Origin: Octopus sinensis | Taxonomy: Eukaryota | NCBI RefSeq assembly: GCF_006345805.1 | Contig: NC_043015.1 | Span: forward strand, 42,036,001-42,100,000 | DNA length: 64,000 bases | Direction of reading: 5' to 3' | Program-made: the position numbers and the translations under genes | Notes under the pieces: model-generated | Told to the model about the DNA's origin: nothing | Seen by the model: the letters and a program-made list of their open reading frames with translations, nothing else | Databases searched by the model: none | Shown: in pieces, positions 51,698 to 64,000 of the stretch | Position numbering within the stretch: the stretch's first letter is position 1 | How the letters are laid out: every line of letters begins with the position of its first letter

Positions 51698-52939
51698 ATT
51701 CATAGAAGGTGTTTTAGTTTAAATTGTTCGAAGACAGGTTTTCAAAACTTTAAGGTGATCTATGATTATGAGAGGGTGGAGAGAAGGAGAGGGAGGAGAG
51801 AAAGTGTGAGAGAGAGAGAGAGGGCAAGGCTGAGAGAAGACTATAAAGAGGGAGATGGAGGAGAGAGAGACAGAGAGAGAAAGGGTGAGAGATATAGGGA
51901 AGACAGAGACAGGAAATAGAGAAGTGGGAGAGATAGAATCGGGAGATAGAAAAGACAGATATTGGAAAAGGAAGGACGGAAAGAAAGAAAGAAAGAAAGA
52001 AAGAAAGAATTAATGAATGAAAGAAAGATGAATGAAAGAAACAACGACAGAAAGAGAAAGAAAAGAAGAACGAAGGAAAGAAAGTTTAGGTGATAATGAA
52101 AATGGTGTGTGTTTACGTATAACAGTTTACGTGTATGCGTATGGTTGTGTGCCCATGCGATTATGTGTGTGTATATGTATATATATATATATGTGTGTGT
52201 ACACTCCTGTGTGTGTGTGTGTGTGTGTTTATGAATGAATGAGAAAGAGTTAGCTAATTAACTGTTTTTAAAAACTCTAGAGATCCCGTTGAAAAACGGG
52301 TGAGATCGATATGTAAAATTTTTCTTCGTCTCACTCAACTTGTAAATGGCGAAAGTTGTCCTGTTTAAAAAGCCGCTATTATAATCGTTAATTAATCAAT
52401 CTAGTCTACAGACAACAATAATGACATCCAGTCTGGATCCATTGTCCAAGAACTGGGAATGACATCAATTCTTTTGTATACTTGTCTTTTCCAGAGCCCA
52501 TTTACATTGAAAGCATCGTATTCCAAGAGAAGGCCTTGCAACTCTTCTCTATTCAACGATTTCATTGCTATCACAGGCACAAAACCGTTCTCAATAGCTT
52601 TGCATTTTCATTGTTTCGTTGTTTCGTCTTCTTAAAGCCTTTTGGGCAGTAAAACCATTTAGAATGGTAGTTCGGATGGTGGCGGCGGTGGTGGTGGTGG
52701 TGGTGGTAAATGCAGTGGTGGTGGCAGCGGTGGTGGCGGTGGTGGGTTGGTGGTGGTGGTGGTGGTTAGCGTTGGCGGTGGTGGAGGTTTTGGCGGCTGC
52801 ATTTGTGGTGGTGGTGGTGGTGGTGTGGTGGTGGTGGTGGTGGTGGTAGCATCGGTGGTGGTGGTGGCGGTGGTGGTAGTGGTAGCATCGGTGGTGGTGG
52901 TGGTGGCGGTGGTGGTAGTGGTAGCATCGGTGGTGGTGG

Positions 52940-53039
52940 NNNNNNNNNNNNNNNNNNNNNNNNNNNNNNNNNNNNNNNNNNNNNNNNNNNNNNNNNNNNN
53001 NNNNNNNNNNNNNNNNNNNNNNNNNNNNNNNNNNNNNNN
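52940..53039. other. Assembly gap (100 N)
   Basis: Run of N following a (GGT)n repeat. Confidence 1.
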
Positions 53040-53299
53040 TTTTTTTAACAGAGAAAACTTACTCGGGTTACATAGGCTCGAGGAATTAGAGGAGAAAAAG
53101 TATGGCTTTACAATTCCGACAGCTGTTTCTGGGGGCTCAGAATTACTTCGTAGTTCATCAAAACTTTGCAGCCAGTAACTGAGGCAAATAAGCATTGATA
53201 AAACTCCAGGGTCTCGTTCGTCAGTTCTGAACGAACTGCTAAATTGTAAGGGCGTAAATAAACCAACACCGGTTGTTTAGCGGTAGGAGGACACACAAA

Positions 53300-53324
<25 letters not shown>

Positions 53325-53341
<17 letters not shown>

Positions 53342-53346
53342 TAGAT

Positions 53347-53431
<85 letters not shown>

Positions 53432-53482
53432 CAGACATACAGACAGACAGACAGACAGAAAGACAGACAGACAGACAGACAG

Positions 53483-53545
<63 letters not shown>

Positions 53546-53626
53546 CAGACAGAGAGATAGACAGACAGATAGATTGATAGATAGATAGATAGATAGATAG
53601 ATGGATAGATAGATAGATAGATAGAC

Positions 53627-53677
<51 letters not shown>

Positions 53678-53707
53678 CAGACAGAGAGATAGACAGACAG
53701 ATAGATT

Positions 53708-53795
<88 letters not shown>

Positions 53796-53850
53796 TAGAT
53801 AGATTGATAGAGATAAAACTTAAATTGTATGTATGTATGTATGTATGCAT
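53325..53850. repeat. Long (GATA)n/(GACA)n tetranucleotide array
   Basis: Direct reading. Confidence 0.95.
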
Positions 53851-54188
53851 GCATAAATGCTTGCGGTGCGTATTTATTGTAATCAGGTTTATTGTAATCA
53901 ATATATATAATCGCTTTGTAATAATAATAATAATATAACAATTGGGTCTCTTACCATTGCCAGACATTAATGCGCCGAATGCTAAATGCATGAGAGCTGC
54001 AAATACGATGGTCTTCGAGTATGGAATCATTCTGTTCAAGAAATTCGGAATCTCCGATAGCTTGAAGGAGAATTGCTTCCTGAGCGCTTTCAATCAATCT
54101 ACCAAAACCTTTTGCGCAAGTCTCATATGTATGTGTGTGTGCACATATGTTTATATGTGTATGAAATTTAATATATACATATATATAT

Positions 54189-54255
<67 letters not shown>

Positions 54256-54411
54256 CATATATATATGCATATATATATATATATATATACATTATATATA
54301 CATATACATATACATATACATATATATGTGTGTGTGTGTATGCGTGTATATATATATATACATATACATATATATGTGTGTGTGTGTATGCGTGTATACA
54401 TGTATATATAT

Positions 54412-54460
<49 letters not shown>

Positions 54461-54464
<4 letters not shown>

Positions 54465-55703
54465 TGTTGGAGCAAATAATGGAAACACTTAGCATTATAA
54501 TTTTGAAATATCTATAAAACTGTCAAAAGCTTGTTTATTTCTCTGTTTTTTTTTATTTATTATTGGTGTTGCTTAATATATTTTGCTACAATTGACGTTT
54601 CTTTTCAGATATCATCAGAAAAAGGTAATTAAAATTCATTACAATGACAGATCTATCGGACTTTCAAAGAGGTCAAATTGTCGGTGCTCGTATGGCAGGT
54701 GTTAGCAAAACGAAAACAGCCGGAATGTTTGGTGTATCAAGAAGTACTGTCTCGAAAGTAACGACAGCCTTTGAGAAAGAGGGAAAAATCTCCTCGTCGA
54801 AACAAAACTCCGGAAGAAAACCAAAACTTTCAGATAGGGACCGTCGGACTCTTACTCGAATTGTTAGAAAGGATCATAGAAGTACAGCTCCCTAAATTAC
54901 TGCAAAGCTTAATGTCCACCTCGAGCACCCAGTTTCAACAAAAATTGTTCGCCGGGAGCTGCACAAAGCCGGATTTCACGGGAGAGCTACAATAAAAAAA
55001 ACGCTACTTTCAAAAACAAACGTTGCGAAGTGTTTAGAGTGGAATAAAAACCTACAGAATTGGTCCTGAGAGCAGTGGAAGAAAGTTATTTTCTCGGACG
55101 AGTCATCCATTACCTTATTTCCGACCACCTGCCGAGAATACGTGTGAGGACAGCCAAAAGAAACATTTGACCCAGGCTGCCTTCTTCCCACTGTTAAACA
55201 TGGAGGAAGATCTGTGATTATCTGGGGAGGCTACATCTTGGGAATCCACCGGCCCAATGGTTTCTCTTCATGGCAGAATTAATAGTCAAGACTATTTAAG
55301 CATTTTATCTGATCAAATTCATGCTGTGGTTGCCGGACTGTTTCCGGGGGAAAACGCAATCTTTCAGGATGATAATGCACCAATTCACACAGCTAAGGTT
55401 GTTACTGAAAATGGCACGAAGAACATTCTAGTAAAGTTGAACATCTTATCTGGCCACCACAGTCCCCAAGATCTCAATATTATTGGACATAAATGATGCA
55501 TTTTAGGAGTCGATATCCTCCACCATCATCACTACAAGAACTGGAGACTGTTTTAGCCGAAGAATGAACAAAGATTCATTTGGAAACAATTCAAACTTTG
55601 TACAAGTCCATACCTCGTAGAATTCAAGCTGTAATTACTGCCAAAGGCGGTCTTACCCCCATATTAAAAATGAATTTGTTTCTATTATTTTATCCAACCC
55701 CTG
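54461..55703 (+). mobile_element. Full-length Tc1 element with pseudogenised transposase
   Basis: TIRs (C)AGG.GTTGG..AAATAAT.GAAAC with TA flanks; MTDLSDFQRGQIVGARMAG..., FSDES, FQDDNAPIH and SP.DLNII motifs; stops and frameshifts. Confidence 0.93.
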
Positions 55704-55946
55704 TATACATATATATATATATATATATACGTACATAATGCAATATTTGATAAATAGATAGATAAAGAGAGAAAGAGAGAGAATTTATGACGAGAACAGT
55801 CAATGGTTACTGTAATGTTGATTGATTTACAAATTACTGTTACATAATTTGCTACGTTTTCTACATAACAGTAACATCTGCTTAATGAAAGGCAAATAAC
55901 ATAGGCATATATACATACATACATACAGACAGACAGACAGACAGAC

Positions 55947-56056
<110 letters not shown>

Positions 56057-56061
56057 GTAAG

Positions 56062-56431
<370 letters not shown>

Positions 56432-56724
56432 AATAATGTCACATGTTAACACATTTATTTGCAAGTAAGTAACACTCTGTTTTAAATTTTTCCGGGTTCA
56501 TAGGTTTATGCTCAAGGTGGCTTCGTCTTTCATACGTGCCATCCTTGCTACATTCACCCATCTTTTTGTGAAACATTCGCTAGACAAAACTTGCCTCTCT
56601 ACTCTCAGATAGATAGATGTGCGTGTGTATATATTGGCACGTTTATGTGTGTCTGTGTGTGTGTATGTGAGTCTTTCAGTTTCCGTCTACCAAATCCACT
56701 CACAAGGCTTTGATCGGCCCGAGA

Positions 56725-57035
56725 CATGGATCTTTGTAGTTTTCCCCACTATCTACCACCTGTATCATCTCTTGTGAAAGGTAGAAGAGTCCAGTTTGCT
56801 GGACATTGTTGTGGTGCTGAAAACGAGGTAACTTCTACTCTTCTCCTCTGGAAGTCATCTACTCGCGATACCATAGGGCGCACACTCTCCTACCCTGATG
56901 TAATCTCCAGGGATACAGGCATCCAGCAACAGGACCTCCGTAATGCTATGATGGACCGTGAAGTCTGGCGTAACATAGTAAATTCTATTCTCTCGACCAC
57001 GGTCGAACAATGATGATGATGATTGTTTTGTAGAA
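56725..57035 (+). mobile_element. RTE-superfamily LINE 3' end
   Basis: RRVQFAGHC...TLLLWK...GRTLSYPDVISRDTG...AMMDREVWRNIV followed by a (TGA)n tail. Confidence 0.8.
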
Positions 57036-57334
57036 AAGGTCCTCTTAAATGGACCCAGACAACCAACGAATGAAGTATCGTCATGCATCCGGTCTTCGTT
57101 TCTCCATTAAATAGACAAAGTCGCGTTGAAATGTCTTCTGTCACACGTAAGATTAGTATTAGCAATAATATTTCTCTGGCGTCTTCTTCTCGACTTTCCT
57201 TCCCATTCATTAGAGTGAAATAGGAATTCGTTCATGATTTATGAATTATTGAATGAGTCGCTGGAGACTTGAAACTCACACTTTCCCTCTAAAAGATGTC
57301 GTTTTGTGGATGAATGATTTGTTTGCTTGCTTAT

Positions 57335-57566
57335 TCTTTTACTTTTTTATCTGTATCAGTCATTTGACTGTGGCCATGCTGGAGCACCGCCGTTTAGTCG
57401 AACAAATCGATCCCAAGACTTATTCTTTGTAAGCCTAGTTACTTATTGTATCGGTTACTTTTGCCGAACCGCTAAGTTACGGGGACATAAACACACCAGC
57501 ATCGGTTGTCAAGTGATGGTAGGGAAACAAACACAGACACACAAACATATACATACATACATACAA

Positions 57567-57636
<70 letters not shown>

Positions 57637-57810
57637 AAGGGCAAAAGAAAATAGTTTTCAGTTTCCGTCTACCAAATCCACTCACAAGGCTTTGGTCGGG
57701 CCGAGGCTATAGTAGAAGGCACGTGCCCAAGGTGCCACGCAATGGGACTGAACCCAGAACAATGTTGTTGGGAAGCTAGCTTCTTACCACACAACCACGC
57801 CTGCGTCTAT
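57335..57810 (-). mobile_element. SINE family A, full length
   Basis: All modules on the minus strand. Confidence 0.9.
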
Positions 57811-57867
57811 TGTTCAACAACAAAACAAATAAAACAATAAAACAACAATAAAACAAAATAAAAGATT

Positions 57868-58292
57868 CCAGCAGACAGTTTTGTGAATTATTCTGCTCTA
57901 AATTTCATGATGTTTCCATGAGATACACTAATGCATTTAAAAAAAAAAAATTGGGCGAATTCACGCTTATGGCTGGGTGGAGTAGATTAAAAGAAGGGGG
58001 AAAAAAAGAAAAAGGTGAGATATGAATTATTGCTGTGTCGCACTGAAGAGAGGAGATTTTAAAGTCGCTTCCTCCATTGATCAAGGAAACCAAGAACCCA
58101 TAAATCTACGAAACATGATGTCTGACAGTCTGTTTAAATATTGTCTTTTTTTTTTTGCTTTTTTGTTTGTTTACGAAAACACATCGTCGAAGAAGAACGC
58201 AGACCGATATAACCTTCAAACCTGGTTCTGAAGACTAAAGTTTTCAATGATTTCTTTCAACTCTGTATAATTCACACAAAGTCTGAAAATTG
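57868..58292. repeat. Left arm of a ~420-bp inverted duplication (partner 60868-61280)
   Basis: Reverse-complement match by eye; near-identical ORF-track peptides (MNYCCVALKRGDFK...) on opposite strands. Confidence 0.9.
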
Positions 58293-58626
58293 GGAAATTA
58301 CTGAAATACCGTTTGGTAAATAAATCATTTGTTTCTTTGTTTGATCGGAGTGTGAATACAATAAATTGATCGTTTAAAAATTTTTTTTAATATTAAAATG
58401 TTTCTGACCGCTCCTATTCTTTTACACGACGCACGGCCGTACGCATGTGCACGCACACTCACATACGCACACATAAACACACACAGACATACACACATAC
58501 ACACACACATACATACATACATACATGCATACATACATACATACATACATACATACATACATACATACATACATACATACATACATACATGCGTTCGAAC
58601 TGAAAGAAGCCCGTTGACTGTATGTA

Positions 58627-58657
<31 letters not shown>

Positions 58658-58661
<4 letters not shown>

Positions 58662-58892
58662 ATTATATAGAAGGAGCTTCTACAGGACTAGTACTGTTTC
58701 ATTCAAGAGAAATCTTCAGGAAGCTCAGGAGCTTCCTGAAGATTTCTCAGGAGCTTCAGGAGCTTCCTGAAGATTTCTCTTGAATGAAACAGTACTAGTC
58801 CTGTAGAAGCTCCTCTATATAATAAATTAATTTTACTCTGCTATGTATTGAGTACCTTACTTACTGTGGTTAACCCCGAATCAACCCGGACC

Positions 58893-58895
<3 letters not shown>
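58658..58895. mobile_element. Second head-to-head HHR element in (AT)n, with stuttered centre
   Basis: Same family as 50371-50569, in the opposite orientation. Confidence 0.9.
58758..58814 (+). ncRNA. Type I hammerhead ribozyme with 9-bp stem I
   Basis: AGGAGCTTC-CTGAAGA-TTTCTCTTGAAT-GAAACAG-TACTAGTC-CTGTA/GAAGCTCCT. Confidence 0.78.
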
Positions 58896-58943
<48 letters not shown>

Positions 58944-59239
58944 GAACTATTAAAATTACTAAGTCTCTCTAAAGGAGATTAAGGCAGCGTTACTGGAAAT
59001 TATTAGTTATCGCCATATTTATATGGCAGTCTTATAAATATAAGACTAAAGCTGTCGCTGATTAGCTCCAAGAGGCCACCGCCTCAAGCTAGCTATTTGA
59101 CACACAACCTGCGTCCATTAACACAGAAAGAAACAAGGAGAGAAAATAAAGTGTAGTGGCTAGCGATCTATCATGGCTGATGCCGGACAGAAGGTTTTGT
59201 AAATTATTCTGTGTGTTTCTGTGTATATATATACTCTTT

Positions 59240-59630
59240 TCTCTTTTTACTCTTTTAGTTGTTTCAGTCATTTGACTGCGGCCATGCTGGAGCACCGCCT
59301 TTAGTCGAGCAAATCGACCTCCAGGACTTATTCTTTGTAAGCCCAGTACTTATTCTATCGGTCTCTTTTGCCGAACCGCTAAGTGACAGGGACGTAAGCA
59401 CAATGCTAGGGGGACAAACACAGACACACAAACATATACACACACATACATATATATATACATATATACGACCGGCTTCTTTCAGTTTCCGTCTACCAAA
59501 TCCACTCACAAGGCATTGGTCGGCCCAGGGCTATAGCAGAAGACACTTGCCCAAGATGCCACGCAGTGGGACTGAACCCGGAACCATGTGGTTGGTTAGC
59601 AAGCTACTTACCACACAGCCACTCCTACGC
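59240..59630 (-). mobile_element. SINE family A, full length
   Basis: All modules on the minus strand. Confidence 0.9.
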
Positions 59631-59750
59631 CTATATACGCCTATATATAAGTTTGGGTTTATATTCACTCAAATAATAATAATAATAATATAATCATAAT
59701 ATAATAATAATAATAATAATAATAATGATGATGATAATAAAATAATAATA

Positions 59751-59816
<66 letters not shown>

Positions 59817-60401
59817 AATGATACAAAGATGGACAGGACAAAAAGGACGGGTTATTCGGAGCTTTCAATCTCCAGTTGAGTACCAGAAAATATAAGCTAA
59901 GAGCTCTAGATTCTTTGGAAGAAAGCAACCGAATGGCTACGAAAATAAGGACGAAAAACAAAAACGGAGAAATGGTACACAATTATTATTCCTTTATTTC
60001 AGCTGTTACGTATGTTTCAGATAGAGGAGTTAGATTGGGACATCGACTGACATAACCACGGAATGGACTGGTGTTAGTAAGGACAGAAGTTAGACAGGTT
60101 TATGGCTGACTACCTGTGGCAGGAGAGATCCGGCGTTCGCGAGCCCCGGACCATTTCTTGACACACTGCTATGTCTGCGCATATAAATAGATATATGTGT
60201 GTGTGCGTGTCTGTGCGTATGTATGTATGTATGTATGTATGTATGTATGTATGTATGTTATATTAATATATATATTATATATATATATATATGTATAGGT
60301 ATATATGTGTATGTATATGAATATGTATGCATATATATGCGCGTGTGTGTATATATATATATATAATAATAATAATTGTTATTATTGTATTAATTATATT
60401 A

Positions 60402-60464
<63 letters not shown>

Positions 60465-60562
60465 GATTATGATTATTGTATTATTATTATTATTTGAGGG
60501 AATATAAATCCAAACTTATATATATATATATATATACACAGACACGCGCACACACACACACA

Positions 60563-60780
60563 AAATAATTCACAAAACCTTCTGTCCGGCATCAGCCATG
60601 ATAGATCGCAAGCCACTACACTTTATTTTCTCTCCTTGTTTCTTTCTGTGTTCCTTTTTGTAAAAGAGCGTGAACTCGAAACATTAAAGACTTTTTCCCT
60701 TCCCGAGCGTTATATTATTACATCTGTTTGTTGTCTACACCACTTGTATTCGTCTTTTGTTTGTTTTTTGTGAATTCTCC
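60563..60780 (+). mobile_element. pLTR-like remnant related to the 29375-30500 PLE; inverted partial copy at 59118-59215
   Basis: TTCCTTT..GAGCGTGAACTCGAAACATTAAAGAC..CTTCCCGAGCG matches the pLTR at 29405-29470 (minus). Confidence 0.65.
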
Positions 60781-60783
60781 CTA

Positions 60784-60818
<35 letters not shown>

Positions 60819-60867
60819 ATGTATGTATGTATGTATGTATGTATGTATGTATGCGCATAAAATTCAT

Positions 60868-61280
60868 GCAATTTTCAGAGTTCGTGTGAACTATTCAGAG
60901 TTTAAAGAAATCATTGAAAACTTTAGTCTTCAGAACCAGGTTTGAAGGTTATATCGGTCTGCGTTCTTCTTCGATGATGTGTTTTCGTAAACAAACAAAA
61001 AAGCAAAAAACCATTTAAACAGAATGTCAGACATCATGTGTCGTAGATTTATGGGTTCTTGGTTTCCTTGATCAATGGAGGAAGCGACTTTAAAATCTCC
61101 TCTCTTCAGTGCGACACAGCAATAATTCATATCTCACCTTTTTCTTTTTTTCCCCCTTCTTTTAATCTACTCCAATCAGCCATAAGCGTGAATTCGCCCA
61201 ATTTGTTTTTTTTAAATGCATTAGTGTATCTCATGGAAACATCATGAAATTTAGAGCAGAATAATTCACAAAACCGTCTG
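60868..61280. repeat. Right arm of the inverted duplication
   Basis: See 57868-58292. Confidence 0.9.
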
Positions 61281-61544
61281 CAATATTTTATTATCTTTTA
61301 TTGTTTTTTCTCCCAACCCACTCACCCATCCGCCATTGTTTGACAATCGATGCTAGTGTGTCCATGTCCCCGTGACTTAGCGTTTCGGCAAAAGAAACCG
61401 ATAGAATAAGTACTACGCTTACAAAGAATAAGTCCTGGGGGGGAGCAATTTCTCCGACTGTGACCGTTTAAGGTGGTGCTCCAGCATAGCCGCAGCCAAA
61501 TGAATGAAACAACTATAATAAAAAGAATATATATTTCTTTACTA

Positions 61545-61748
61545 CCCACAAGGGGCTAAACACAGAGAGGACAAACGGATTTAGTCGATTATATCGACCC
61601 CACTGCGTAACTGGTACTTAATTTATCGACCTCGAAAGGATGGAAGGCAAAGTCGACCCCTGCGGAATTTGAACTCGGAACGTAACGACAGACGAAATAC
61701 GGCTACGCATTTCGCCCGGCGTGCTAACGTCTCTGCCAGCTCGCCAGT
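61545..61748 (-). mobile_element. SINE family B
   Basis: Reverse complement of family B; family A halves lie at 61310-61520 and 61765-61935. Confidence 0.85.
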
Positions 61749-62033
61749 ATAATAAAAAGAATATAGGCGGAGACATGGGTGTGTGGTTAAGAAAGTCGCT
61801 TTGCAACAGCGTGGTTCCGTGTTGGGTTCAGTCCTACTGCGCTACCGCGTGGGTAAGCGTCTTCAACTATAGCCCCGGGTCGACCAGTGCCATATGAATG
61901 AATTTGGAATTTGACAGACGGAAACTGTGCGGAAGCTTATGCTATAATATGTGTGTGTGTGTGTGTTAAATAAAATGAGACAACAAAGCCAAGGCTGTGT
62001 GGAATTTTCAGGACATTTATAAAGAGAAAATTA

Positions 62034-62081
62034 GTCTTACAGCTGTTTCTGGGATATTAGGGATATCCCTTCATCAGAGAC
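62034..62081 (-). ncRNA. Type I hammerhead ribozyme with palindromic AGCU loop III
   Basis: GTCT-CTGATGA-A-GGGATAT(CCCTA)ATATCCC-A-GAAAC-AGCT-GTA/AGAC. Confidence 0.75.
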
Positions 62082-62190
62082 GATATGAGATGGTTATGTA
62101 TGTGTGTGTATGTGTATATATATGCATGCATGGGTACGGGTTTAAAATACACAAGTACGTAGACCTATATAATAATGCATATATATATAT

Positions 62191-62219
<29 letters not shown>

Positions 62220-62221
<2 letters not shown>

Positions 62222-62412
62222 CTGTAATCCTCGCTATATCGCAGTATATTAAGCTTACGTCGATTCCTCCGTGGTGTTGGATAGCATTATAATAAAATAA
62301 ATATATACAAATTATGAAGATAATAAAAATATATACAATACAGTACTCTTTCTACTTTCACCTATCGCGGGGGGTTTTGGAACGGAACACCCGAAATAGT
62401 CGCGGGATTACT

Positions 62413-62415
<3 letters not shown>
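62220..62415. mobile_element. Possible Tc1/pogo-type MITE relic
   Basis: Imperfect TIRs TACTGTAATCCTCGC ... GCGGGATTACTGTA with TA ends. Confidence 0.45.
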
Positions 62416-62454
<39 letters not shown>

Positions 62455-62566
62455 CACACCCATATATAATATATATATATATATATTATATATATAATCT
62501 ATATATAATTATATATATATTATATAATATCCATACATATATATATATAGATAGATAGATAGATAG

Positions 62567-62632
<66 letters not shown>

Positions 62633-62654
62633 CAGATATGTATATATAATATAA

Positions 62655-62825
62655 TATAAATAAAGAGGGCAAGCAACAGATTGCTTAGCCCACATACCGA
62701 AAAATTAGAATTAGCTGTCAAAGACCGCTTATTTCTAGAAAATAGAAATAAGCGGTCTTTGACTGCTATTTCTAATTTTGCGGTATGTGGCTAAGCAACC
62801 TGTTTGCTTGCCTTTTTTATTTATA
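62655..62825. repeat. ~170-bp fold-back palindrome flanked by (AT)n
   Basis: 21-bp perfect inner stem (62717-62737 / 62743-62763) with a GAAAA loop; arms extend imperfectly to about 85 bp. Confidence 0.9.
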
Positions 62826-62838
62826 TATATATTTATAT

Positions 62839-62871
<33 letters not shown>

Positions 62872-62993
62872 GATATATATATATATATATATATAGAAGT
62901 TTTTGAAAAGTTCCTACCGATAATGTTATATTTCCATACCGAAATCTACCCGGAAATAATTTTGCTGATTTTAAAATAAAATAATTACTTACC

Positions 62994-63041
<48 letters not shown>

Positions 63042-63172
63042 ATATATATAGCAAATAAGAAATGGAGGAGGATTATAGGTGGTTCATCACTTTTAGACAT
63101 TAAATATGTTAACTTATTATTTTTTATTACTAACTGATAATGCAGTATATTACATACATACATATATATTAT

Positions 63173-63221
<49 letters not shown>

Positions 63222-63224
<3 letters not shown>

Positions 63225-63842
63225 CAGAAAGAGAAAAGATAAAAAAAAACGCAGATTTGTTTTACAGGATTAAAGGGTATATTAGAATCATAATAATTAA
63301 GATATACAATTTTGTACAAAATAAGATTGTTTTCTTTCAACGCAATTAAATTAAGAACCGGTTTCGCATTGCTCATCAAGCTAAGGGTTTAAAAATAGAC
63401 ACATTGCTAAGGAGGAGAGATGCTACAAGGGGAGGTAATTATTCACACATTTATTTTACAGTACAGGGGAGGTAAATCTCTAATTTTTATTTTTGGCCTA
63501 TATTTTATTATTTTATTATGGCTTGTATCTTACAATAGAAGGAGTAAGTCTTTTATTTTTAGTATGGGTTCATATTTAATTCTGGTTTATATTTTTGGAT
63601 AAATTAGGTTCCTTTATTCAGTCTTATTTGTGTTGAGGTCCAGAAAACAAGTTGATAAAATGGGAAAATTATGAATTGTGGTCGTAATCATTCTGCACAT
63701 TCGTCAATGTGTTGACTGAGATATATTTGGCGATACTGTGGGGAAGATATTTGTTGTCTGTGGACCGGACATCGTTATTATTATGACTAATATACTCCTT
63801 ATTCCTGTAAAACAAATCTTTTTTCATCTTTTCTCTTTCTGT
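63222..63842 (-). mobile_element. 5'-truncated Penelope-like element: GIY-YIG C-terminus, pLTR with minimal HHR, inverted partial pLTR
   Basis: PQYRQIYLSQHIDECAE*..FIIFPFYQL..IRLNK..FIQKYKPELN at 63570-63745; HHR-like motif at 63351-63385; 63224-63300 inverted at 63775-63842; ends in (AT)n. Confidence 0.75.
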
Positions 63843-63920
63843 GTATATCCAACCACGTGTGTTCCCCCACTAAAATACCTTTCTACCCTTTTATTTTTCT
63901 GTAAATTTCAACCATATTTA

Positions 63921-63979
<59 letters not shown>

Positions 63980-64000
63980 TATTCTATATAGTAGATAGAT

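Noticed and set aside
53110-53165. GAAAC-AGCT-GTC with upstream TTGATGA on the minus strand
   Set aside because: Stems I and II do not form convincingly; at best a decayed relative of the 62034 HHR.
54590-54625. Minus-strand CTGATGA...GAAACGTC in the Tc1 leader
   Set aside because: No helix II and only a 2-bp stem I; a chance match.
58040-58125. CTGAAGA...GAAAC-ATGAT-GTC in the inverted-repeat arm
   Set aside because: The partner arm has GACAC instead of GAAAC, and stems I and II are poor.

Overview
Eukaryotic, AT-rich, repeat-saturated non-coding DNA, most consistent with an octopus/coleoid cephalopod genome (inferred from the SINE types and microsatellite density). No host protein-coding gene is recognisable, and almost all listed ORFs are microsatellite artefacts. 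The window holds many tRNA-derived SINEs, LINE remnants (CR1/L2-like, RTE, R4/Dong-like), mariner and Tc1 relics, a non-autonomous Helitron, a 4.6-kb satellite and a 100-N gap. The most interesting signal is a set of type I hammerhead ribozymes (HHRs) in several unrelated Penelope-like (PLE) or retrozyme-like elements sitting in microsatellites. These include a 461-nt cleavage-site-to-cleavage-site unit in (GATA)n and two head-to-head palindromic HHR pairs. There are also three PLE GIY-YIG coding relics and a full-length 5S rRNA fused to a LINE-type 3' tail. All structures and alignments were done by eye; coordinates of degenerate elements are approximate.
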